DNA of 64,000 nucleotides from Nanobdellota archaeon. Its GTDB lineage: Archaea; Nanobdellota; Nanobdellia; Pacearchaeales; GW2011-AR1. The notes beneath the pieces are model-generated. The model was not told where the DNA came from and searched no databases. It saw only the letters and a list, made by a program, of their open reading frames with translations. Below are positions 18,910-29,704 of this stretch, in pieces. The DNA lies in the NCBI GenBank assembly GCA_013329055.1, contig DUKY01000016.1:4559-68558 (forward strand), written 5' to 3'. The first letter of the stretch is position 1. The number at the start of each line of letters is the position of its first letter. Made by a program: the position numbers and the translations under genes.

Positions 18910-21900
18910 ATGGTAAAACATAATCAAAAAATTAATTTAATGTTAATTGTATTTTTTCAAATAATTTTAATATTAAATATGACTTTTGCAGAAAGTTATT
19001 TTTTACATCAAGCAGACCAAATAACAGAGAATATAATTAGTGATAAAAATGACAAAGATTTATCGGATTTAATTTCAAAATTTTTAATTGATTTTTTAAT
19101 TATAAAACAAATTGGAACAGTTTCTGCAATTGGCTGGAGTTGTTGCCCTGAAACAATTATAGGTGCAAAATGCCAAGAACTTGCAAGTGTTGATACTGAA
19201 AGCTGTGCTGTTGAGATGATTCCTTCTAAATGTGAAGAATTTTCAGATTGCCAACTTGGTTGCTGTGTTGATGAAATTGAAGGGCTTTGCAGTACAAAAA
19301 CTCCTAAATCAATTTGTAAAAGGGATAATGGTACTTGGAGTGAAGATGAAAATTGCTTGATTCAAGAATGCCAAAAAGGATGCTGTATGTTAGGGGAAGA
19401 AGCTTCATTTGTTACTGAAACCAGATGTGAACAGCTTTCGGATATCTCCGGAACACAAAAAGATTTCCGAGATATAAATAATGAAGTGGATTGTCTTATG
19501 CAAAAAGTAAGTTCTAAGTTAGGAGCCTGTGTATTGGATTTTGAACCAATAATGAATCGTACTAATAAAACTAATTCATCTATTACAGGAGCAATAATCT
19601 CTAATTCAACAAATAATAGAACAAGCACAAATTTTACTGATGATGAAACTTGCAGGATTGTTACAGAAAGCGAATGCTACGAAATGGGGGGAACATTTGC
19701 CGGGGGTTATTTATGTTCACACCCTGATTTAAATACCGGATGCAAAAGACAAACAACAATTAATTGTGTTGATTCAAGTGATGAAATTTTCTGGTTTGAT
19801 TCTTGCGGTAATAAAGAAAACATTTATTCTTCAGACAGGGATGCTTCATGGAATGGAGGGATGATGATGAGTAAAGAAAAAAGTTGCAATCCAGATGTAT
19901 CAAATGCAAATTCAAAGGATTGTGGGAATTGCAATTATTTTTTAGGAAGTATTTGTCAAGAGAGTAAAAACCCTAAGGTAAAAGATGGAAATTTTATCTG
20001 CAAAGATATGGATTGCATTGATGAAGATGGAACTAAAAGAAAAAACGGAGAGAGCTGGTGCATATATGATTCTTATATTGGAGACGGAAAAGATACTGTT
20101 GGAAGCAGACACTGGAAAAGAATGTGCATTGATGGAGAGATAAAAGTAGAACCTTGTGCAGATTATAGAGGAGAAATTTGTGTTCAGGCAAAAAATGAAG
20201 AAGGCGAATCGTTTTCATATGCAGCATGTGTTGTGAATGAAGCACTTGCATGTATTTTAGAGTATAATTCTTTAGAAACAGAAGAAGAACGGGATGCAAA
20301 GTGTTTAGAGAATAAAGATTGCATGATTAAAGAAGTTAAAGTGAGTAAAGACTTTACTTATGATATCTGTACTTCGAGATATCCTAAAGGATTTGATTTA
20401 GTAGAAACTGAAAAGGGTAAAACTCAAGAGAGATTATGTGATATCGGTTCACAAAATTGCACAGTTTTATTAAAGAAAGGTTGGTTTAAAAGTGATTATA
20501 CTTGTGAAAAAAATTGTGAATGCAAAACTAAATTATTTACTCAACAATTAAATGATGTTTGTATTTCCCTTGGAGACTGCGGTTCTTATATTAATTTTGT
20601 AGGAGACGGGAGCGATAATATTATTGTTAAAAATACTGAAAAGATTTCTTGGAGAGATTATATCGGTTTTGCTGAACCTGTAAAAGGTCAATTTGCTGAA
20701 CCAAAAAAGAATCGAGGACCAATGGGAGGAGAATCTAATGGAACAGACAGAAAAAGCAATGTTAAAGGGGATGATTTAAGTGGTCTTGATATGCTTGGAA
20801 CTATTGCTGGGGGTCTTGGGACATTAGTGGGAGGGGCACAATATTTATATGGGGGAGAGATACTTTATGCTTCAGGATATGGTTTTTTTGCTGCAGAGGG
20901 AGCTAGTGCAGGAGTTGGAGTTACACCAGTATTTGCTTCTTTTGGAGCAGCAGCAGCAGGTTTTGCAATTGGTTCAATAATTGGTTCTTATTGGGCTAAA
21001 TCAATTGGAGCTACTAAAGAAACTGCAATGATTATGGCAATTTCCGGAGGGGTTGCAGGAGCTGCAATAGGTTATGCTTTAGTACAAGCATCAATTTCTA
21101 CTTTCAACATTTATGTTATTGTTATAGCAATAATTATTATGATAATTGCTGCACTTTTTGGACCTAGATATAAAACTGAAAAAGTTACTTTCAAATGCCA
21201 GCAATGGTCTGCACCTACAGGAGGAGAAAATTGTGAAAAATGCAATGAAGACCCATTAAAACCATGTTCGGCATATAGATGCAGTTCACTTGGACAAGCT
21301 TGTCAACTTATGGAAAATGATACTAAAAACCCGATTTGCATTGGAAGTGATGATGATGGTAAACCCCCGATTATATTTCCATTAAATACATCAGAAGGAT
21401 ATAAATTCTTTGAGAAAACAAATGATGGAGTAAAGATACGAACAGATAATCAAAAATGCATTCCTGAATTTACAATGTTTGATTTTTCTTTAGGAACTGA
21501 TGAACTTGCTCAATGTAAGTATAGTTTTGAAAAAACAAAAGATTATGAAGAGATGACTGAAACATTCTTGGAATCAAATTCATATTCAATGAATCATTCA
21601 ACATCGTTTATGATGCCAAGTATTCAAAGTTTAGAAAATGATATTAATGACACAGAAATTACTGTTATTCAAGATTTAAAGGAAACATATGCTAAATTAA
21701 ATTTATATGTTCGTTGCCAAGATGTATATGGTAATAAAAATGTTAGAGAATATATTGTTAATCTTTGCATTAATGACGGACCTGATTTAACTGCTCCATA
21801 CATTAAACAGATGGATCCAAAAAATGGAGGCAACATTAAATTTAATTCTACACAAGCACAAATTACTGCTTATGTTAATGAACCTGCAGATTGTAAATAT

Positions 21901-22920
21901 GATACCATCCCGAAAAAAGCATATGAACAAATGAATAACTCGATGCAATGCAATACTCAATTAGATGGTTCTGGTTTATATGGCTGGCCATGTCAGGCGA
22001 CATTTAGTAATTTAAAACCTGGTGCAAATAAATTTTATCTAAAATGCAAAGACCAGCCTTGGTTAAATGAATCAAATACTTCAAGAAATGCTAATACAGA
22101 AGATTATATTTATACTTTAAATGTTGCTGAAAAAAAGTTTAATATTTCTTCTATTTCTCCTCAGGGTATAATTAAAAATGGTTTTGCTCCTTCACAGGTT
22201 AATTTAGAAGTTCAAACAATTGGCGGGGTAGAAAATGGCAAGGGAACATGCGAATATAGTTTTACACAAAATGGTGAATATTATCAATTCTTTTCTACAT
22301 TTAGTGCCAAACATAAACAAACATTTGAATTAATGGGAGGAAATTATACTATTTATGTTAAATGCGAAGATGAAACAAATGATCAAGATAGCAGAATATC
22401 ACAATTTGATTTACAGATTGATTCAACACCTCCGGTTGTAATAAATTATACTGAAGGAGAAAAAATTGAATTTTATACTGATGAAGATGCTGAATGTTAT
22501 TATCATCCTTCTAAATGTAATTTTGATTTTGAAAATGGCACTTTAATCAGTACTAAATTTACAACAGAACATCAAATTACATTTGACCCTAGCATAACAT
22601 ATCATATTAAATGCACAGATGTGTGGAAAAATACTAATCCTGATTGTGCAATTATTTTGAATGCTCCGGATTTAGACCTTCCAATGATTGTCAGGGCTTA
22701 TAATTCAAATTCTGAATTGAAGATTATGACTGATAAGATTTCTAAATGTTATTATGATTTTGAAACTTGTTTATTTAATCCGGTTAATGCTCCGTCTATG
22801 ACTGCAGATTTGACAAAAGAGCATACAGTTAATTGGATTCCCGGAAAAGTTTATCATATTAAGTGTGCAGATGCCTGGGGCAATTTTCCAATTGATTGCA
22901 CACGAAAAATTTCGATGTAA
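18910..22920 (+). CDS. large secreted Cys-rich protein with central hydrophobic Gly-zipper region and C-terminal Ig-like repeats, paralog 1
   Basis: Signal peptide; dense CC/CxxC N-half; GTIAGGLG..GAAAAGFAIG..IAIIIMIIAALFG; repeated TDE.A.C.Y...H...Y..C.D units. Confidence 0.85.
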   Translation: MVKHNQKINLMLIVFFQIILILNMTFAESYFLHQADQITENIISDKNDKDLSDLISKFLIDFLIIKQIGTVSAIGWSCCPETIIGAKCQELASVDTESCAVEMIPSKCEEFSDCQLGCCVDEIEGLCSTKTPKSICKRDNGTWSEDENCLIQECQKGCCMLGEEASFVTETRCEQLSDISGTQKDFRDINNEVDCLMQKVSSKLGACVLDFEPIMNRTNKTNSSITGAIISNSTNNRTSTNFTDDETCRIVTESECYEMGGTFAGGYLCSHPDLNTGCKRQTTINCVDSSDEIFWFDSCGNKENIYSSDRDASWNGGMMMSKEKSCNPDVSNANSKDCGNCNYFLGSICQESKNPKVKDGNFICKDMDCIDEDGTKRKNGESWCIYDSYIGDGKDTVGSRHWKRMCIDGEIKVEPCADYRGEICVQAKNEEGESFSYAACVVNEALACILEYNSLETEEERDAKCLENKDCMIKEVKVSKDFTYDICTSRYPKGFDLVETEKGKTQERLCDIGSQNCTVLLKKGWFKSDYTCEKNCECKTKLFTQQLNDVCISLGDCGSYINFVGDGSDNIIVKNTEKISWRDYIGFAEPVKGQFAEPKKNRGPMGGESNGTDRKSNVKGDDLSGLDMLGTIAGGLGTLVGGAQYLYGGEILYASGYGFFAAEGASAGVGVTPVFASFGAAAAGFAIGSIIGSYWAKSIGATKETAMIMAISGGVAGAAIGYALVQASISTFNIYVIVIAIIIMIIAALFGPRYKTEKVTFKCQQWSAPTGGENCEKCNEDPLKPCSAYRCSSLGQACQLMENDTKNPICIGSDDDGKPPIIFPLNTSEGYKFFEKTNDGVKIRTDNQKCIPEFTMFDFSLGTDELAQCKYSFEKTKDYEEMTETFLESNSYSMNHSTSFMMPSIQSLENDINDTEITVIQDLKETYAKLNLYVRCQDVYGNKNVREYIVNLCINDGPDLTAPYIKQMDPKNGGNIKFNSTQAQITAYVNEPADCKYDTIPKKAYEQMNNSMQCNTQLDGSGLYGWPCQATFSNLKPGANKFYLKCKDQPWLNESNTSRNANTEDYIYTLNVAEKKFNISSISPQGIIKNGFAPSQVNLEVQTIGGVENGKGTCEYSFTQNGEYYQFFSTFSAKHKQTFELMGGNYTIYVKCEDETNDQDSRISQFDLQIDSTPPVVINYTEGEKIEFYTDEDAECYYHPSKCNFDFENGTLISTKFTTEHQITFDPSITYHIKCTDVWKNTNPDCAIILNAPDLDLPMIVRAYNSNSELKIMTDKISKCYYDFETCLFNPVNAPSMTADLTKEHTVNWIPGKVYHIKCADAWGNFPIDCTRKISM

Positions 22921-23557
22921 CGTAGAATTTCGAAATTTTTCGTGCCACTAAATCACCAAACGCCTTGCCTACGCAAGGAAAAAAACAAGATTTAGTTTGC
23001 ATGAAAAATCTCGATGTAAAGAATGAAGTGCCACTAAATCACCAAACGCCTTGCCTACGCAAGGAAAAAAACAAGATTTAGTTTGCATGAAAAATCTCGA
23101 TGTAAAGAATGAAGTGCCACTAAACCCCCCGCTGTGTCTACACACAGAAAACTATTAAGGATTTAGTTGGCACGCAAAATTTCAATGTAAAGAATGAAGT
23201 GACACTAAATCACCTACGCCTTGCCTAAAGCAAGGAAAAAAACAAGATTTAGTTTGCATGAAAAATTCCAATGTAAAGAATGAAGTGACACTAAACCCCC
23301 CGCTGTGCCTTCAACAAGAATCAAAGATTCTCGAGCATGACAACTTCACGAAACAACAAGAAGTTGTCATACGCACAGAAAAATATTAAAGATTTAGTCG
23401 GTGCTAAAGATTCAAAGAATCTTGGTTCCACTAAATCCTGCTGTGTCTACACACAGAAACTATTAAGGATTTAGTCGGCATGAAAAATTTCGATGTAAAG
23501 AATGAAGTGCCACTAAATCACCAACGCCTTGCCTAAAGCAAGGAAAAAAACAAGATT
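22901..23557. repeat. array 1 of composite palindromic units (about 86-bp period, 7 units)
   Basis: Repeating gtgccactaaa-[inner hairpin]-gatttagtt(t/g)gca(t/c)gaaaaat.tc.atgtaaagaatgaa. Confidence 0.92.
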
Positions 23558-23597
23558 AAACCCAAAAGGTAATAAATAACAAAAATTTAAAATTAAT

Positions 23598-24395
23598 GTG
23601 AAAAAAGAGATGAGTTTTGATAAAAGAGGACAGATGACGATGTTTATTGTAATTGCGATTTTAATTATTAGCGGAATTGCACTACTAATATTTTTTAATA
23701 AAGGGACTCCATTAATCGGAAGTCATCAGGAAATTAATAAAAAAGAATTTTTAGAAAGTTGTGTTGAAGAAGAGGTCAAAAATACATTAGAAATAATTGG
23801 TTTACAAGGAGGATATTTTAGCGAGAGCAAAATAATGACTAAGCCATTTAGTTCAGGAAGTACATATGGACAAAAAAACATTGCAGTTTTATGTTATAAT
23901 AAAAATTATTTTGATCCTTGCATTAATCAGGATCCTATGTTAATTCAGCATTTAAATGATGAAATTAAATTGGGGATTTCTAAAACTGTTAAAGATTGTT
24001 TTGATGCTTTAACATTAAGTTTGGAAAATCAAGGATTTGAGGTACAAGCAAAATATAATGGGTTTGATGTCCAATTATTGCCTGAAAAATTAAAATTAGA
24101 TATTAAGGGGGAAATTACAATAAGTCAAACAGGATCTACAACAAAAGAAAAAGATTTTGAAATTCTTTTTAGAACCAGATTATATGATATCGCAATAGTT
24201 GCCCAGAATATTATTAATCAGGAAGCTTCAACATGTTCATTTGACCATTCAGGGTTCATGTTATATTTTAAAGAATTTAGTATTGATAAAATAAGAACTT
24301 CAGATTCATTTGATATATTTGCAGTTAAATCTAAAGATAGTTATGAAATATTTAATTTTGCATTAAGAGGATGTGTAATTCCTCCGGGAGTATAA
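23598..24395 (+). CDS. class III signal peptide protein, paralog 2
   Basis: DKRG|QMTMFIVIAIL; ends RGCVIPPGV; start may be the ATG at 23610. Confidence 0.8.
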   Translation: MKKEMSFDKRGQMTMFIVIAILIISGIALLIFFNKGTPLIGSHQEINKKEFLESCVEEEVKNTLEIIGLQGGYFSESKIMTKPFSSGSTYGQKNIAVLCYNKNYFDPCINQDPMLIQHLNDEIKLGISKTVKDCFDALTLSLENQGFEVQAKYNGFDVQLLPEKLKLDIKGEITISQTGSTTKEKDFEILFRTRLYDIAIVAQNIINQEASTCSFDHSGFMLYFKEFSIDKIRTSDSFDIFAVKSKDSYEIFNFALRGCVIPPGV

Positions 24396-24396
24396 A

Positions 24397-27300
24397 ATGG
24401 ATAATAAAATTAAATTCAAATTAGGACTAATTGTTTTCTTAATTGGATTTTTAATTATGAACAACATTTATGCTTTGGATATTAATTGCTGTCCAAAAAT
24501 GATTGATAAATCCATATGCCAAGAAATCCTTGATACAGATACATCAACATGTTCTGTATCTCCACTTCCGGTTAGATGTGAAGAGTTTTCGGATTGCCAA
24601 TTAGGATGTTGCATTGATAAAACTGAAGGTCTTTGCACAACTCAAGCTCCAAGATCAGCCTGTGAAGATAATAATGGAACTTGGGAAGATGATGCATCAT
24701 GTTCTATTTCAGAATGTCAAAAAGGTTGTTGTGTAATTCAGGAGAATAGTTTATTTGTAACTGACCAAAGATGCGACCAGCTTTCAAATATTTCAGGAGT
24801 TGAAAAAGATTTTAGAGAAGTACAAACAGAGATGCAATGTCTGATGTTAAAAGGAAGCGGTGACAAAGGTGCTTGTGTTTTTGGATTTGTACCACGTATT
24901 AATGAAACTAATAATACAAAAAATAATTCCAAAACTATTAAACCTTATACTTCTAATAATACTATTAATAATTCTAATTCTACGAATAATACAAATTCGT
25001 CTATCACAGGTTACCTTGTTTCAAATAATTCAAGAATGCCCAGAGAATCAAATGAATCAGAAGAAGATAATGGTGCTTGCAGGATTACAACTGAATCTGA
25101 ATGTTATGACATGGGGGGAATGTTTGCTAATAGCTATTTATGTTCTCACCCTGATTTAAATACCGGATGTAAAAGACAGACAAGTATTGATTGTTCTGAT
25201 ACAAGTGATGAAATTTTTTGGTTTGATTCCTGCGGGAATAAAGAGAACATTTATTCTTCAAATAAAGATGCTTCGTGGAATGGCGGGATGATGATGAGCA
25301 AAGAACAAAGTTGTGGAGCAGGTTCTTCAAATGCTAATTCACAAGATTGCGGTAACTGTAATTATATTTTGGGAAGTATTTGTGCTGAAAGTGAAAACCC
25401 TAAAGTTAAAGACGGAGATTTTATCTGCAAAGATATGAATTGTGTTGAGAAAGATGGGACCAAAAGACAAAATGGTGAAAGCTGGTGTGTATATGATTCT
25501 TATATTGGCGACGGAAAAGATACTGTTGGAAGCAGACACTGGAAAAGACTCTGCACTGATGGGGAGATAGATGTTGAACCTTGTGCAGATTATAGAGCAG
25601 AACTTTGTGCACAAAAAGTAACAGAAGTTGAAATGCCTGAAGGGGGAAAAAAATCACTTACTGTTGCTAAGTGTGTTATTAATGAAGGGTTAAATTGCAT
25701 CTTTGATTATAATGACCCCAAGGATGCTGAAAAAACTGCAAAATGTTTGAAGAATACTGATTGTATGATTAATCATGTTTATGTAAGTGAATACTTTCAA
25801 TTTGATTTTTGCACTGCAAGGTATCCAAAAGGATTTGAATTAAAAAATGAAGATGATAAAGAAGACAGGGGGGTTAAACAAAAAGCATTATGCTCAATGA
25901 GTTCACAAAATTGCACAGTTATCTATGAAAAAAAGAGAAAAGGAATGTTTGGCAGTAAATGGGTGTGTGTTGCTAACTGTGAATGCCAAACAGATGCATT
26001 TATCGCAGAAATGAATGATCTTTGCATCTCTATGGGAGATTGCGGAACTTACATTAATTATATTGGAGAAGGAACAAAGAATATTGGTTTAGTGAATAAC
26101 CCTGGAGATGTTGCTTGGGAAGCATACAAACATTTTGCAGAACCAGTTAAGGGTCAATTTGTTGCACCAAAAGAATTTAGAGGTCCACAAGGAGAGGCTG
26201 GAGGAGAAGAGGAGATTAATACTTATAGACATAAATATACTAATGGTTATAGCGGAGAAGTTAATATTTGGGGAACTAATCCGGATGATGGATGGATTGC
26301 TAATTGGAACGGGCATGTTGAGATAAAATGGCTTTCAAAAACTTTTGGAATGGATGATTATGATGCTTATATGTGGTCGCAATTAACAACAGTAATTATT
26401 AAAAAAGAACTTTTGGGAGTTTATGAAACTGGTAGTTATGGAATTCCTTCAATTGTATGGGTGATTATTGATTGGATACAGGGAATTGGAAAAACTAAAA
26501 AAGTAATTGTTGAATTTCATTGTAATCCTTGGAAAGCTCCGTTAGGAGGGATAAATTGTGAAAAATGCAATGGTGATTTATTAAAACCTTGTTCAAAATA
26601 TAGATGTGATTCTTTAGGGCAAGCGTGTATGTTATCAAATTTAAGTGTTGAATTTCCACTTTGTTTATCTGCAGATGCTAATGACGGTAAACCGCCAGTT
26701 ATTTCTCCACTTAATGTTTCTAAAGGTTACAAATTCATGGAAGAAACAGCAAATGGAGTAAAGATTAGAACTGAAGATGGAAAATGCATACCGGAGTTTA
26801 CTACTGTTAAATTTTCTTTGAAAACAGATAAATTTGCTCAATGCAAATACAGTTTAAATAGAACTAAAGATTATACAGATATGGATTTATCTTTTGCAGA
26901 AACAACTGCTTTTACGAAAAATCATACAACCTCTTTTATGATGCCTAGTTATGATAGTTTAATTAATGAACTCGATCCTGAGGTAGAATTTAGTCGGGAT
27001 AAATTTGCAAATTTCGATATGTTTGTCAGATGTCAAGATGGATATGGCAATGTGAATAAAGTTGAATATGTTGTTAATCTTTGTGTTAATGATGGACCGG
27101 ATAAAACTGCTCCGTGGATAACAAGAGTTATTCCGGAAAATGGGAAAACTTTAAGATTTAATACTACAAGTAGTCCAGTTACAGTCTATGTAAATGAACC
27201 TGCAAATTGCAGATATGATACAATTGCAAATAAAAAATATGAAAATATGACTTATAACATGACATGCCAAACTGAACTTTCACAGGTAAGTCTTGGTGGC

Positions 27301-28236
27301 TGGCCTTGTTCTGCAAATCTTACTAATTTAAGTTTAGGAAATAATAATTTTTATTTTAAATGCAAAGATCAGCCTTGGTTACCGGAAGATAATGAAACAA
27401 GGAATGTTAATTCAGAAGATTATGTTTATTCGTTGTATGTTTCAGAACATAAATTTAATATTAGTTCAATTTCTCCTCAGGATATAATCAAAAACGGATT
27501 TGAGCCTGCTCCTGTAACATTAAAAGCTCAAACTTTTGGGGGAGTAGATTCAGGAAAAGGTACATGTGAATATAGTTTTGCACAAAACGGAAGTTATTAT
27601 CAATTCCTTAAAACATTTGGATATACTCATACGCAAGTATTTGATTTAATGGGAGGAAATTATACTATTTATGTTAAATGCCATGATGAATCAGACGACG
27701 AAGCTTATGGAACTGCAAATTTTGAATTACAAATTGATACAACTCCGCCAGTTATAATTAATTATTCTGAGGATGGAAAAATTGAACTTTATACAGATGA
27801 AAAAGCTGAATGCTTTTATCATCCGACTAAATGCAACTTTGATATTGATAATGCTACTTCGATGACTGTTGGTTTTTCACAAGAACATTTTGCAAATTGG
27901 GACCCAGGTATTACTTATCATGTTAAATGTGCAGATGTTTGGGGTAATACTAATCCAGATTGTGCAGTTATTTTGAATTCTCCGGATTTAGAACTTCCAA
28001 TTATTACCAGAGCATATAATGCGGGCAATTCATTAAATATTATTACTAGTGAAATTGCTAAATGTTATTATGATTTTGAAACGTGTTATTTTAAACCGGA
28101 AAATGCTCCATCTATGACTCCGGATTTAGAAACAGAACATACAGTTAATTGGATTCCTGGAAAGGTTTATCATATTAAATGTGCTGATGCATGGGGCAAT
28201 TATCCTATGGATTGCTCACGAAAAATTTCGATGTAG
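24397..28236 (+). CDS. large secreted Cys-rich protein, paralog 2 (different central region)
   Basis: Collinear with paralog 1 (e.g. YDSYIGDGKDTVGSRHWKR, ends RKISM) except for the central segment. Confidence 0.85.
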   Translation: MDNKIKFKLGLIVFLIGFLIMNNIYALDINCCPKMIDKSICQEILDTDTSTCSVSPLPVRCEEFSDCQLGCCIDKTEGLCTTQAPRSACEDNNGTWEDDASCSISECQKGCCVIQENSLFVTDQRCDQLSNISGVEKDFREVQTEMQCLMLKGSGDKGACVFGFVPRINETNNTKNNSKTIKPYTSNNTINNSNSTNNTNSSITGYLVSNNSRMPRESNESEEDNGACRITTESECYDMGGMFANSYLCSHPDLNTGCKRQTSIDCSDTSDEIFWFDSCGNKENIYSSNKDASWNGGMMMSKEQSCGAGSSNANSQDCGNCNYILGSICAESENPKVKDGDFICKDMNCVEKDGTKRQNGESWCVYDSYIGDGKDTVGSRHWKRLCTDGEIDVEPCADYRAELCAQKVTEVEMPEGGKKSLTVAKCVINEGLNCIFDYNDPKDAEKTAKCLKNTDCMINHVYVSEYFQFDFCTARYPKGFELKNEDDKEDRGVKQKALCSMSSQNCTVIYEKKRKGMFGSKWVCVANCECQTDAFIAEMNDLCISMGDCGTYINYIGEGTKNIGLVNNPGDVAWEAYKHFAEPVKGQFVAPKEFRGPQGEAGGEEEINTYRHKYTNGYSGEVNIWGTNPDDGWIANWNGHVEIKWLSKTFGMDDYDAYMWSQLTTVIIKKELLGVYETGSYGIPSIVWVIIDWIQGIGKTKKVIVEFHCNPWKAPLGGINCEKCNGDLLKPCSKYRCDSLGQACMLSNLSVEFPLCLSADANDGKPPVISPLNVSKGYKFMEETANGVKIRTEDGKCIPEFTTVKFSLKTDKFAQCKYSLNRTKDYTDMDLSFAETTAFTKNHTTSFMMPSYDSLINELDPEVEFSRDKFANFDMFVRCQDGYGNVNKVEYVVNLCVNDGPDKTAPWITRVIPENGKTLRFNTTSSPVTVYVNEPANCRYDTIANKKYENMTYNMTCQTELSQVSLGGWPCSANLTNLSLGNNNFYFKCKDQPWLPEDNETRNVNSEDYVYSLYVSEHKFNISSISPQDIIKNGFEPAPVTLKAQTFGGVDSGKGTCEYSFAQNGSYYQFLKTFGYTHTQVFDLMGGNYTIYVKCHDESDDEAYGTANFELQIDTTPPVIINYSEDGKIELYTDEKAECFYHPTKCNFDIDNATSMTVGFSQEHFANWDPGITYHVKCADVWGNTNPDCAVILNSPDLELPIITRAYNAGNSLNIITSEIAKCYYDFETCYFKPENAPSMTPDLETEHTVNWIPGKVYHIKCADAWGNYPMDCSRKISM

Positions 28237-28895
28237 GGAAATTTCGAAATTTTTCGTGCAACTAAACCCCCCACTGTCCTTCAACGAGAATCAAAGATTC
28301 TCGAGCATGACAACTTCACGAAACAACAAGAAGTTGTCATACGCACAGAAAAATATTAAAGATTTAGTTGGCATGAAAAATTTCAATGTAAAGAATAAAA
28401 TGCCACTAAATCACCAAACCTTAAGCAAGATTTAGTTTGCATGAAAAATTTTAATGTAAGTTTAGAAAAACTAAATCAACCAACGCCTTGCCTACAATGA
28501 GAATCAAAGATTCTCAAGCATGACAACTTCGCGAAACAACAAGAAGTTGTCATACGCAAGGATTAAAACAAGATTTAGTTGGCATGAAAAATTCCAATGT
28601 AAAGAATGAAGTACAACTAAATCACCAAACGCCTTGCCTACGCAAGGATTAAAACAAGATTTAGTTTGCATGAAAAATTCCAATGTAAAGCGAAAGTTTA
28701 GTGCCACTAAACCCCCGCTGTGCCTTCAACGAGAATCAAAGATTCTCGAGCATGACAACTTCATGAAACAACAAGAAGTTGTCATACGCACAGAAAAATA
28801 TTAAAGATTTAGTCGGTGCTAAAGATTCAAAAAATCTTGGCACAACTAAATCACCAAACCTTAAGCAAGATTTAGTTTGCATGAAAAATTCCAAG
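28217..28895. repeat. array 2 of composite palindromic units (6 units, 3 with the nested 60-bp insert)
   Basis: Same actaaa...tttagt outer stem and gcatgaaaaatt.caatgtaa linker as array 1. Confidence 0.92.
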
Positions 28896-28947
28896 AGTAA
28901 ATTTCAATTTGGTTAACTATATAAATAATAAATTACATAAAATAAAT

Positions 28948-29703
28948 ATGAAAAGGGGACAGGTTACATTATTTATAATCATGGGTATGATGATTATTAT
29001 ATTAGGTATTTTATTATTCCTTTTTTCTCCAAAAATACAAGATCTTTTCTTAACTGAAACAAAAAATCCTTCTTCGTTTATTCAGGATTGCATTGAAGAA
29101 GATATCAGTTTAGCAGTTAATGTATTATCTTTAAATGGGGGAAGCATTAATCCTGAACATTATTTTGTTTATGATGGTTCAAGATTAGAATATTTGTGTT
29201 ATATCGAGGGATTTTATCAAACTTGTGTTGTTCAGCAACCTATGTTAAAGAGACATATTGAGATGGAAATTGAAAAAGCAATTACTCAAAAATCTGAAGA
29301 ATGTTTTGCGGATTTAAAAGAAAGTTATGAAAGGAAAGGTTATCAAGTAAGTTTATCTAAAGGAGAGATTGATGTTGAACTTTTGCCTCAAAAAATTGTT
29401 ACGACTTTTAATAATTCTTTAACTTTGACTAAAGAATCAACAGAAAGTTATAAATCAGTAAGAGTTGTAATAAATAATAATCTTTATGAATTGGTAAGTA
29501 TTGCTAATAGTATTATAGATTGGGAATCAAAATACGGAGATTCTGAAACAACAGTTTATATGAATCTTTATCATGATTTAAAGGTTGAAAAGAAAGTACA
29601 TTCCGAGGGTACAACGGTTTATGTTTTAACAGATAGAGATAATTTAAATAAATTCCAATTTGCTTCAAGAAGTGTGGCATGGCCACCAGGATATGGATTT
29701 TAA
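28948..29703 (+). CDS. class III signal peptide protein, paralog 3
   Basis: MKRG|QVTLFIIMG; FIQDCIE..GGSI.P..YLCY..CVVQQPML..RSVAWPPG. Confidence 0.8.
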   Translation: MKRGQVTLFIIMGMMIIILGILLFLFSPKIQDLFLTETKNPSSFIQDCIEEDISLAVNVLSLNGGSINPEHYFVYDGSRLEYLCYIEGFYQTCVVQQPMLKRHIEMEIEKAITQKSEECFADLKESYERKGYQVSLSKGEIDVELLPQKIVTTFNNSLTLTKESTESYKSVRVVINNNLYELVSIANSIIDWESKYGDSETTVYMNLYHDLKVEKKVHSEGTTVYVLTDRDNLNKFQFASRSVAWPPGYGF

Positions 29704-29704
29704 A

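Noticed and set aside
28181-28707. Short ORFs within array 2
   Set aside because: Chance read-through of repeat DNA
22901-28895. CRISPR arrays
   Set aside because: The variable segments are a few recurring hairpin types rather than unique spacers, the constant part includes the gene terminus, and no cas genes are in the window
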